From Eukaryota sp. GEM-RC1 (taxonomy: Eukaryota): 64,000 nucleotides of DNA. The DNA lies in contig JAUFOQ010000001.1 of NCBI GenBank assembly GCA_040285855.1, positions 3,720,001 through 3,784,000 on the forward strand, in the 5' to 3' direction. The position numbers and the translations under genes were made by a program. Shown piece by piece: positions 1 to 11,900 of this stretch. The notes beneath the pieces are model-generated. The model saw only the letters and a program-made list of their open reading frames with translations, made no database searches and was not told the origin of the DNA. Positions within the stretch are counted from its first letter, which is position 1; each line of letters begins with the position of its first letter.

Positions 1-526
1 ACAAGGTGAGTGAAGTAAAAAATCTTTCGTTTTCCATAACACAGGATAACGATTCTGAAATTCAAACAAAAATTCTTTAAAGACCCCAAAAAGGCACCCT
101 CACGCATGTACTTAGCTTTCGTGAAACCAATACCACCAAAAGAAGTAGAAGTGAAACAATGAGAAGGAAGTGAAGAGTCTTAAATTGAAAGTAAATTGAA
201 ATGTAACAACTAATGTATGCATCTTTTTCATTCTATAATCGTATTTCAAAGAAAGTTCCTCAAGGTGGTCTGTCGATGTAAGCTAGTTATGTTCTTCCAT
301 GAAGTATAAGATAGATGGGGAGTGTTGTGCTTGTGACGCGGATTGCTTCTGATGTTATACTTCTATCTCAAAAGCTTGTGAACCGAATTCTTGTTCCTAA
401 CAATGTTTATGATACAAAAAAACACACGGTAAAAAGTGTGTCAATGAAAGGTCACAAAAGCACATATCATAATAAAAGCTATGGAAACACTAGACATAGA
501 ACATTCCTGGTTAAGCTTAACAGTAC

Positions 527-923
527 TAGTGATGGGCAAAGACCAGACCAACCGACCATACTACAGGCCTCTAAAGTTTGGTCTGTAGTCCGAGGATCTC
601 TTCTCTTCTCTGGTCTGGTCTGGTCTGGTCTGTAGTCCATTCATTTCTACTGTGGTCTGAAGTCCATTCATGTTTGTTTTACTTTTACGAATACATCACT
701 AAAAAACATAACATATGTTTTCCGGTTCCACTTCAGTACTTCCATTTTCAGATTCTGAAAACTCATTAATACCTAGGAGATAATCCATTAGAGTATATAT
801 TAGCTGGTTTTGCCATAAGATACCACAATTTCCTTTTCACACACAATGTCAGGCCCAGTTATATAAAGGTGTCTACATAGAGTTGTATTCAGAGGCTTCT
901 GCGGCAAAAAGGAGAATATATAG
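527..923 (+). mobile_element. Solo hAT-like DNA transposon end (TAGTGATGGGCAA) with AGACC/GGTCT subterminal repeats; present in each array unit
   Basis: The terminus resembles hAT TIRs (YAGTGATGGG) and is followed by clustered AGACC and (TGGTC)n motifs in both orientations. The last unit diverges exactly at this point (AACAGTAC|CACATT at 20503). No second TIR was found. Confidence 0.6.
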
Positions 924-2063
924 AAAAAACGGGGTTTATGATCAATGAGTTAAATAAACGCATTTGCAGAAGTTAATAACTAACAGACACTAACTAAAGT
1001 ATCTAACTATGATCCTTCTGTCCATCATCGAACAACTTACCTAAAATTGAATTAAAATATCTGTGCATTGAACGAAACAACGCAAACGTTAACATACTCA
1101 ACCAAAAATTTTCATTGAAAACTTTACCGAAGTCAGAACACAATTTACCAAAGGAAGTTAAAAACCCTTGAGCAGCTATTTTTTCCTTTTTCAGCCACTT
1201 CAAGAGCAGAAAGATCATAATCAAAATTCTTGAAAATTGATCTTGAATTACAAGGATCAACAGTCGTGAAATCCATAATAATTTCCTGACAAGATAACCA
1301 AGGACCAATCAAATCACCACGACTTCTATCAACTTTTGGCTGATCAGGAAGATTAGCAAGTAAAGGTTCAATTTTTCCATGAAAACCATTAGCCTTAAAC
1401 ATATCCAAACATGTATCCCGGATACTGTTGTGAATAATTGATCGAAAATGAATAAATTGATGACAGTTAACTAAATGATGAAAATTGGAAGCCTTTGAAC
1501 GACCACAAAGACATGGAGAATGCTTCCAAAGACCTGAAAGCCATAAACCTAACCTAAGTCTCATGTTTATAAGCCATTCATGATCCTTAAGATTAAAACA
1601 AAATTTGCTTGGCAAACGAGAAACAAATGAAGACGCATCGCTTGAAGAAATATCATTCAAAAATGCACAAAAAGCGGGACTCTTAGTCTTAGCCAAGCTA
1701 ATACGGTTTTTAAAGTCCAAGCTTTCGTGAAACAAAACAAACTTCTTCTGTAACTTGCGAACACACAAAGGCAAAGAGAAAATGCTTCTCTGCTGAATTT
1801 CTGTTACCCCAACAGGAAATAACTCTGACCACAAATTGGAGTCGAGACTATCAATTAAATTTTGAAGACTAATTAACCATGCACAAGGTGAGTGAAGTAA
1901 AAAATCTTTCGTTTTCCATAACACAGGATAACGATTCTGAAATTCAAACAAAAAATTCTTTAAAGACCCCAAAAAGGCACCCTCACGCATGTACTTAGCT
2001 TTCGTGAAACCAATACCACCAAAAGAAGTAGAAGTGAAACAATGAGAAGGAAGTGAAGAGTCT
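924..2063 (-). mobile_element. 5'-truncated CRE/SLACS-like non-LTR retrotransposon, family A, chimeric A'/A copy (second copy 6728-7867)
   Basis: Encodes the FGGIG thumb motif, MRLRLGLW, a CLC..HHLVNC zinc knuckle and the endonuclease start (IHNSIRD, EP, RGD..DFT). It has a ~98-bp deletion in the endonuclease C-terminal part. Confidence 0.85.
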
Positions 2064-2806
2064 TAAATTGAAAGTAAATTGAAATGTAACAACTAATGTA
2101 TGCATCTTTTTCATTCTATAATCGTATTTCAAAGAAAGTTCCTCAAGGTGGTCTGTCGATGTAAGCTAGTTATGTTCTTCCATGAAGTATAAGATAGATG
2201 GGGAGTGTTGTGCTTGTGACGCGGATTGCTTCTGATGTTATACTTCTATCTCAAAAGCTTGTGAACCGAATTCTTGTTCCTAACAATGTTTATGATACAA
2301 AAAAACACACGGTAAAAAGTGTGTCAATGAAAGGTCACAAAAGCACATATCATAATAAAAGCTATGGAAACACTAGACATAGAACATTCCTGGTTAAGCT
2401 TAACAGTACTAGTGATGGGCAAAGACCAGACCAACCGACCATACTACAGGCCTCTAAAGTTTGGTCTGTAGTCCGAGGATCTCTTCTCTTCTCTGGTCTG
2501 GTCTGGTCTGGTCTGTAGTCCATTCATTTCTACTGTGGTCTGAAGTCCATTCATGTTTGTTTTACTTTTACGAATACATCACTAAAAAACATAACATATG
2601 TTTTCCGGTTCCACTTCAGTACTTCCATTTTCAGATTCTGAAAACTCATTAATACCTAGGAGATAATCCATTAGAGTATATATTAGCTGGTTTTGCCATA
2701 AGATACCACAATTTCCTTTTCACACACAATGTCAGGCCCAGTTATATAAAGGTGTCTACATAGAGTTGTATTCAGAGGCTTCTGCGGCAAAAAGGAGAAT
2801 ATATAG

Positions 2807-3505
2807 AAAAAACGGGGTTTATGATCAATGAGTTAAATAAACGCATTTGCAGAAGTTAATAACTAACAGACACTAACTAAAGTATCTAACTATGATCCTT
2901 CTGTCCATCATCGAACAACTTACCTAAAATTGAATTAAAATATCTGTGCATTGAACGAAACAACGCAAACGTTAACATACTCAACCAAAAATTTTCATTG
3001 AAAACTTTACCGAAGTCAGAACACAATTTACCAAAGGAAGTTAAAAACCCTTGAGCAGCTATTTTTTCCTTTTTCAGCCACTTCAAGAGCAGAAAGATCA
3101 TAATCAAAATTCTTGAAAATTGATCTTGAATTACAAGGATCAACAGTCGTGAAATCCATAATAATTTCCTGACAAGATAACCAAGGACCAATCAAATCAC
3201 CACGACTTCTATCAACTTTTGGCTGATCAGGAAGATTAGCAAGTAAAGGTTCAATTTTTCCATGAAAACCATTAGCCTTAAACATATCCAAACATGTATC
3301 TCGGATACTGTTGTGAAGAATTGATTTAAAATGAATAATTGATGACAGTTAACTAAATGATGAAAATGTGAAGCCTTTGAACGACCACAAAGACATGGAG
3401 AATGCTTCAAAAGACCATAAACCTAACCCAAGTCTCATGTTTATAAGCCATTCATAATCCTTAAGATTAAACCAAAATTTTCTTGGCAAACGAGAAACAA
3501 ACGAA
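2807..3505 (-). pseudogene. Family A' short degenerate retroelement copy (also 8611-9309, 12530-13228, 17056-17754)
   Basis: Same 3' end as family A, but a shorter 5' extent, a 98-bp deletion, an 8-bp deletion after LGLW and frameshifts. Confidence 0.85.
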
Positions 3506-3550
3506 AACCTTTTAAAGTTAAGCTGATAACATAAGTTTGAGCACATGGAT

Positions 3551-4445
3551 CTAACAAATATATTTGAAAGCTTGGATTATAACGTTCGACTTGGCATGAT
3601 CAAGAAAAAAATCCAACTTTGCAAATTTCTTAATGGATGTTTCTAATCGCTCTGCTTCATGTCTGATTACTCAAATCCTTCAAGCTCACGGTATGTTTTC
3701 TGATGATAACTCTTGGTCATTAACATGCGTTTACGGTCATTTATTTGGCCTATGTGGGCAATCTGTAACACCTACACATTTATTGAATTGTAACCGTTTC
3801 ATTTCTTTTTAGAAGTAAGGTTCATGATTCTGTAAGGGATCAATTACAGTGAATGTGTAAATCTTATGGAATAATCATTTTTTAGAACCAGTTTTGTCTG
3901 GTTTGGTTGATGATACAGACAAATCGTTTGGAAATAGCCGTGGTGATGTCATATTTCATGGTCTCGATGGTTCTTATATTATTGCTGATGTTACGTCTAT
4001 CGACGTTAAAAATGGTTTCAACAAGACACATACTAAATCTAATGCTAAAACCCCTCTGTTGATTGATGAAAAATAAAACAAATGGAAAAATATTGTGCTG
4101 AATTGAAATTATTGAATTCAGTTTCACACTCGAATTACTTGTTGTACCCTTTTGTATTTTCAATGTACGTTTCTTTAGGTGAATCGGCCACATCATTACT
4201 TGAAATCTTTGTGAAGATTGTAGATGAAAAAACATCTAGGACTTTTGATCTTAGATTTTGGAAAAATCGAATCGTGTTTGATATCTTTAAAGGTATGGTG
4301 ACCACCGTATCTAGCGCTTTGTTATCTCTCGGCAGACATTATGAGGATACGGTTGGTGAGAATTTCCAGATAGGCAATTTGCCGACTTTGAGGATATTGA
4401 TTATTAGATGTATGTACACTGTAGTGTTGATGTCAATTAAATAAA
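3551..4445 (+). pseudogene. Family B CRE-like non-LTR retrotransposon 3' fragment (also 9355-10250, 13274-14170, 17800-18686)
   Basis: Broken frame reading NMRLRSFIW..CGQSVTPTHLLNC..RSKVHDSVRD..EP..RGDVIF..ADVTSID..EK..KY..YPFVFS..FWKNRI, i.e. zinc knuckle plus restriction-like endonuclease. Confidence 0.85.
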
Positions 4446-4679
4446 TAATCACGAAAAAGGTAATGTAAAATCTGAAAAATTGAATATCATAAGATCACAT
4501 CACAAAATTACAAATTATTGACTTTGTGATATTACACATCACAACAATCACATTTCCACATCACAACTGAATGTCATTGTGATTGTGTGAGTCACAACAA
4601 TCACATCACAATTTGTGACAAGCAATATTTGTGTAATATTTCTAGTTGTGATTTTACAAAAATTTTGTGGAAAGTAAAT
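4446..4679. repeat. ATCACA/TGTGA motif-rich block between the convergent 3' ends of families B and A (also ~10250-10480, ~14170-14403, ~18687-18917)
   Basis: More than a dozen TCACA/TGTGA motifs in both orientations in ~230 bp, resembling DNA-transposon subterminal repeats. Confidence 0.7.
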
Positions 4680-5990
4680 AAAAAAACGGGGTTTATGATC
4701 AGTCAGTGAAATAAATGCATTTGCAGAAGTTAATGACTAACAGACACTAACTAAAGTATCTAAACTATGATCCTTCTGTCCATCACCGAACAACTTACCT
4801 AAAATTGAATTAAAATATCTGTGCATTGAACGAAACAACGCAAACGTTAACCTACTCAACCAAAAATTTTCATTGAAAACTTTACCATACTCAGAACACA
4901 ATTTACCAAAGGGAAGTTAAAAAACCTTGTGCAGCTGGTCCAATATTACCGTATATCGACATCGCAAAAGGTTGAAACACAAAAGAATTGTACCTGTTAA
5001 CATTCAATTGGTTAATTAATTGACAGTACTTTGTATTTTTTTCCTTTTTCAGCCACTTCAAGAGGCGAAAAATCATCATCAAAAATTTTGGAAATTGATC
5101 TTGAATTACAAGGATCAACCGTCGTGAAATCCATGATAATTTCCTGACAAGATAACCAAGGACCAATCAAATCACCACGACTTCTATCAACTTTTGGCTG
5201 ATCAGGAAAGATTAGCAAGTAAAGGTTCAATTTTTCCATGAAAACCATTAGCCTTAAACATATCCAAACATGTATCCCGGATACTGTTGTGAATAATTGA
5301 TCGAAAAAAAACGGGGTTTATGATCAGTCAGTGAAATAAATGCATTTATGTATTTTTGTTTTTTTTTGATCGAAAATGAATAAATTGATGACAGTTAACT
5401 AAATGATGAAAATTGGAAGCCTTTGAACGACCACAAAGACATGGAGAATGCTTCCAAAGACCTGAAAGCCATAAACCTAACCTAAGTCTCATGTTTATAA
5501 GCCATTCATGATCCTTAAGATTAAAACAAAATTTGCTTGGCAAACGAGAAACAAATGAAGACGCATCGCTTGAAGAAATATCATTCAAAAATGCACAAAA
5601 AGCGGGACTCTTAGTCTTAGCCAAGCTAATACGGTTTTTAAAGTCCAAGCTTTCGTGAAACAAAACAAACTTCTTCTGTAACTTGCGAACACACAAAGGC
5701 AAAGAGAAAATGCTTCTCTGCTGAATTTCTGTTACCCCAACAGGAAATAACTCTGACCACAAATTGGAGTCGAGACTATCAATTAAATTTTGAAGACTAA
5801 TTAACCATGCACAAGGTGAGTGAAGTAAAAAAATCTTTCGTTTTCCATAACACAGGATAACGATTCTGAAATTCAAACAAAAAATTCTTTAAAGACCCCA
5901 AAAGGCACCCTCACGCATGTACTTAGCTTTCGTGAAACCAATACCACCAAAAGAAGTAGAAGTGAAACAATGAGAAGGAAGTGAAGAGTC
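4680..5990 (-). mobile_element. Family A copy interrupted by a 58-bp self-insertion (duplicate copy ~10482-11787)
   Basis: Family A reading frame split at 5308-5365 by an insert flanked by TTGATCGAAAA direct repeats. Confidence 0.85.
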
Positions 5991-8900
5991 TTAAATTGAA
6001 AGTAAATTGAAATGTAACAACTAATGTATGCATCTTTTTCATTCTATAATCGTATTTCAAACAAAGTTCCTCAAGGTGGTCTGTCGATGTAAGCTAGTTA
6101 TGTTCTTCCATGAAGTATAAGATAGATGGACAGTGTTGTCCTTGTGACGCGGATTGCTTCTGATGTTATACTTCTATCTCAAAAGCTTGTGAACCGTATT
6201 CTTGTTCCTAACAATGTTTATGATACAAAAAAACACACGGTAAAAAGTGTGTCAATGAAAGGTCACAAAAGCACATATCATAATAAAAGCTATGAAACAC
6301 TAGACATAGAAAATTCCTGGTTAAGCTTAACAGTACTAGTGAAAGACCAGACCAACCGACCATACTACAGGCCTCTAAAGTTTGGTCTGTAGTCCGAGGA
6401 TCTCTTCTCTTCTCTGGTCTGGTCTGGTCTGGTCTGTAGTCCATTCATTTCTACTGTGGTCTGAAGTCCATTCATGTTTGTTTTACTTTTACGAATACAT
6501 CACTAAAAAACATAACATATGTTTTCCGGTTCCACTTCAGTACTTCCATTTTCAGATTCTGAAAACTCATTAATACCTAGGAGATAATCCATTAGAGTAT
6601 ATATTAGCTGGTTTTGCCATAAGATACCACAATTTCCTTTTCACACACAATGTCAGGCCCAGTTATATAAAGGTGTCTACATAGAGTTGTATTCAGAGGC
6701 TTCTGCGGCAAAAAGGAGAATATATAGAAAAAACGGGGTTTATGATCAATGAGTTAAATAAACGCATTTGCAGAAGTTAATAACTAACAGACACTAACTA
6801 AAGTATCTAACTATGATCCTTCTGTCCATCATCGAACAACTTACCTAAAATTGAATTAAAATATCTGTGCATTGAACGAAACAACGCAAACGTTAACATA
6901 CTCAACCAAAAATTTTCATTGAAAACTTTACCGAAGTCAGAACACAATTTACCAAAGGAAGTTAAAAACCCTTGAGCAGCTATTTTTTCCTTTTTCAGCC
7001 ACTTCAAGAGCAGAAAGATCATAATCAAAATTCTTGAAAATTGATCTTGAATTACAAGGATCAACAGTCGTGAAATCCATAATAATTTCCTGACAAGATA
7101 ACCAAGGACCAATCAAATCACCACGACTTCTATCAACTTTTGGCTGATCAGGAAGATTAGCAAGTAAAGGTTCAATTTTTCCATGAAAACCATTAGCCTT
7201 AAACATATCCAAACATGTATCCCGGATACTGTTGTGAATAATTGATCGAAAATGAATAAATTGATGACAGTTAACTAAATGATGAAAATTGGAAGCCTTT
7301 GAACGACCACAAAGACATGGAGAATGCTTCCAAAGACCTGAAAGCCATAAACCTAACCTAAGTCTCATGTTTATAAGCCATTCATGATCCTTAAGATTAA
7401 AACAAAATTTGCTTGGCAAACGAGAAACAAATGAAGACGCATCGCTTGAAGAAATATCATTCAAAAATGCACAAAAAGCGGGACTCTTAGTCTTAGCCAA
7501 GCTAATACGGTTTTTAAAGTCCAAGCTTTCGTGAAACAAAACAAACTTCTTCTGTAACTTGCGAACACACAAAGGCAAAGAGAAAATGCTTCTCTGCTGA
7601 ATTTCTGTTACCCCAACAGGAAATAACTCTGACCACAAATTGGAGTCGAGACTATCAATTAAATTTTGAAGACTAATTAACCATGCACAAGGTGAGTGAA
7701 GTAAAAAATCTTTCGTTTTCCATAACACAGGATAACGATTCTGAAATTCAAACAAAAAATTCTTTAAAGACCCCAAAAAGGCACCCTCACGCATGTACTT
7801 AGCTTTCGTGAAACCAATACCACCAAAAGAAGTAGAAGTGAAACAATGAGAAGGAAGTGAAGAGTCTTAAATTGAAAGTAAATTGAAATGTAACAACTAA
7901 TGTATGCATCTTTTTCATTCTATAATCGTATTTCAAAGAAAGTTCCTCAAGGTGGTCTGTCGATGTAAGCTAGTTATGTTCTTCCATGAAGTATAAGATA
8001 GATGGGGAGTGTTGTGCTTGTGACGCGGATTGCTTCTGATGTTATACTTCTATCTCAAAAGCTTGTGAACCGAATTCTTGTTCCTAACAATGTTTATGAT
8101 ACAAAAAAACACACGGTAAAAAGTGTGTCAATGAAAGGTCACAAAAGCACATATCATAATAAAAGCTATGGAAACACTAGACATAGAACATTCCTGGTTA
8201 AGCTTAACAGTACTAGTGATGGGCAAAGACCAGACCAACCGACCATACTACAGGCCTCTAAAGTTTGGTCTGTAGTCCGAGGATCTCTTCTCTTCTCTGG
8301 TCTGGTCTGGTCTGGTCTGTAGTCCATTCATTTCTACTGTGGTCTGAAGTCCATTCATGTTTGTTTTACTTTTACGAATACATCACTAAAAAACATAACA
8401 TATGTTTTCCGGTTCCACTTCAGTACTTCCATTTTCAGATTCTGAAAACTCATTAATACCTAGGAGATAATCCATTAGAGTATATATTAGCTGGTTTTGC
8501 CATAAGATACCACAATTTCCTTTTCACACACAATGTCAGGCCCAGTTATATAAAGGTGTCTACATAGAGTTGTATTCAGAGGCTTCTGCGGCAAAAAGGA
8601 GAATATATAGAAAAAACGGGGTTTATGATCAATGAGTTAAATAAACGCATTTGCAGAAGTTAATAACTAACAGACACTAACTAAAGTATCTAACTATGAT
8701 CCTTCTGTCCATCATCGAACAACTTACCTAAAATTGAATTAAAATATCTGTGCATTGAACGAAACAACGCAAACGTTAACATACTCAACCAAAAATTTTC
8801 ATTGAAAACTTTACCGAAGTCAGAACACAATTTACCAAAGGAAGTTAAAAACCCTTGAGCAGCTATTTTTTCCTTTTTCAGCCACTTCAAGAGCAGAAAG

Positions 8901-11900
8901 ATCATAATCAAAATTCTTGAAAATTGATCTTGAATTACAAGGATCAACAGTCGTGAAATCCATAATAATTTCCTGACAAGATAACCAAGGACCAATCAAA
9001 TCACCACGACTTCTATCAACTTTTGGCTGATCAGGAAGATTAGCAAGTAAAGGTTCAATTTTTCCATGAAAACCATTAGCCTTAAACATATCCAAACATG
9101 TATCTCGGATACTGTTGTGAAGAATTGATTTAAAATGAATAATTGATGACAGTTAACTAAATGATGAAAATGTGAAGCCTTTGAACGACCACAAAGACAT
9201 GGAGAATGCTTCAAAAGACCATAAACCTAACCCAAGTCTCATGTTTATAAGCCATTCATAATCCTTAAGATTAAACCAAAATTTTCTTGGCAAACGAGAA
9301 ACAAACGAAAACCTTTTAAAGTTAAGCTGATAACATAAGTTTGAGCACATGGATCTAACAAATATATTTGAAAGCTTGGATTATAACGTTCGACTTGGCA
9401 TGATCAAGAAAAAAATCCAACTTTGCAAATTTCTTAATGGATGTTTCTAATCGCTCTGCTTCATGTCTGATTACTCAAATCCTTCAAGCTCACGGTATGT
9501 TTTCTGATGATAACTCTTGGTCATTAACATGCGTTTACGGTCATTTATTTGGCCTATGTGGGCAATCTGTAACACCTACACATTTATTGAATTGTAACCG
9601 TTTCATTTCTTTTAGAAGTAAGGTTCATGATTCTGTAAGGGATCAATTACAGTGAATGTGTAAATCTTATGGAATAATCATTTTTAGAACCAGTTTTGTC
9701 TGGTTTGGTTGATGATACAGACAAATCGTTTGGAAATAGCCGTGGTGATGTCATATTTCATGGTCTCGATGGTTCTTATATTATTGCTGATGTTACGTCT
9801 ATCGACGTTAAAAATGGTTTCAACAAGACACATACTAAATCTAATGCTAAAACCCCTCTGTTGATTGATGAAAAATAAAACAAATGGAAAAATATTGTGC
9901 TGAATTGAAATTATTGAATTCAGTTTCACACTCGAATTACTTGTTGTACCCTTTTGTATTTTCAATGTACGTTTCTTTAGGTGAATCGGCCACATCATTA
10001 CTTGAAATCTTTGTGAAGATTGTAGATGAAAAAACATCTAGGACTTTTGATCTTAGATTTTGGAAAAATCGAATCGTGTTTGATATCTTTAAAGGTATGG
10101 TGACCACCGTATCTAGCGCTTTGTTATCTCTCGGCAGACATTATGAGGATACGGTTGGTGAGAATTTCCAGATAGGCAATTTGCCGACTTTGAGGATATT
10201 GATTATTAGATGTATGTACACTGTAGTGTTGATGTCAATTAAATAAATAATCACGAAAAAGGTAATGTAAAATCTGAAAAATTGAATATCATAAGATCAC
10301 ATCACAAAATTACAAATTATTGACTTTGTGATATTACACATCACAACAATCACATTTCCACATCACAACTGAATGTCATTGTGATTGTGTGAGTCACAAC
10401 AATCACATCACAATTTGTGACAAGCAATATTTGTGTAATATTTCTAGTTGTGATTTTACAAAAATTTTGTGGAAAGTAAATAAAAAAACGGGGTTTATGA
10501 TCAGTCAGTGAAATAAATGCATTTGCAGAAGTTAATGACTAACAGACACTAACTAAAGTATCTAAACTATGATCCTTCTGTCCATCACCGAACAACTTAC
10601 CTAAAATTGAATTAAAATATCTGTGCATTGAACGAAACAACGCAAACGTTAACCTACTCAACCAAAAATTTTCATTGAAAACTTTACCATACTCAGAACA
10701 CAATTTACCAAAGGAAGTTAAAAAACCTTGTGCAGCTGGTCCAATATTACCGTATATCGACATCGCAAAGGTTGAAACACAAAAGAATTGTACCTGTTAA
10801 CATTCAATTGGTTAATTAATTGACAGTACTTTGTATTTTTTCCTTTTTCAGCCACTTCAAGAGGCGAAAAATCATCATCAAAAATTTTGGAAATTGATCT
10901 TGAATTACAAGGATCAACCGTCGTGAAATCCATGATAATTTCCTGACAAGATAACCAAGGACCAATCAAATCACCACGACTTCTATCAACTTTTGGCTGA
11001 TCAGAAAGATTAGCAAGTAAAGGTTCAATTTTTCCATGAAAACCATTAGCCTTAAACATATCCAAACATGTATCCCGGATACTGTTGTGAATAATTGATC
11101 GAAAAAAACGGGGTTTATGATCAGTCAGTGAAATAAATGCATTTATGTATTTTTGTTTTTTTTTGATCGAAAATGAATAAATTGATGACAGTTAACTAAA
11201 TGATGAAAATTGGAAGCCTTTGAACGACCACAAAGACATGGAGAATGCTTCCAAAGACCTGAAAGCCATAAACCTAACCTAAGTCTCATGTTTATAAGCC
11301 ATTCATGATCCTTAAGATTAAAACAAAATTTGCTTGGCAAACGAGAAACAAATGAAGACGCATCGCTTGAAGAAATATCATTCAAAAATGCACAAAAAGC
11401 GGGACTCTTAGTCTTAGCCAAGCTAATACGGTTTTTAAAGTCCAAGCTTTCGTGAAACAAAACAAACTTCTTCTGTAACTTGCGAACACACAAAGGCAAA
11501 GAGAAAATGCTTCTCTGCTGAATTTCTGTTACCCCAACAGGAAATAACTCTGACCACAAATTGGAGTCGAGACTATCAATTAAATTTTGAAGACTAATTA
11601 ACCATGCACAAGGTGAGTGAAGTAAAAAATCTTTCGTTTTCCATAACACAGGATAACGATTCTGAAATTCAAACAAAAATTCTTTAAAGACCCCAAAAAG
11701 GCACCCTCACGCATGTACTTAGCTTTCGTGAAACCAATACCACCAAAAGAAGTAGAAGTGAAACAATGAGAAGGAAGTGAAGAGTCTTAAATTGAAAGTA
11801 AATTGAAATGTAACAACTAATGTATGCATCTTTTTCATTCTATAATCGTATTTCAAACAAAGTTCCTCAAGGTGGTCTGTCGATGTAAGCTAGTTATGTT

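Noticed and set aside
315..769. 106-aa and 63-aa spacer ORFs as real genes
   Set aside because: They cross the transposon junction and (TGGTC)n repeats, change frame between copies and have no recognisable domain.
1170..1185. 98-bp deletion in A' as a spliced-out intron
   Set aside because: The deleted segment lacks GT-AG ends on the sense strand and shifts the frame.
4446..4679. Spliced-leader or snRNA gene as the array target, as for trypanosomatid CRE/SLACS
   Set aside because: AGGTAATG and Sm-like AATTTTGTGG are present but ~200 nt apart in low-complexity DNA, and no convincing structure is visible.
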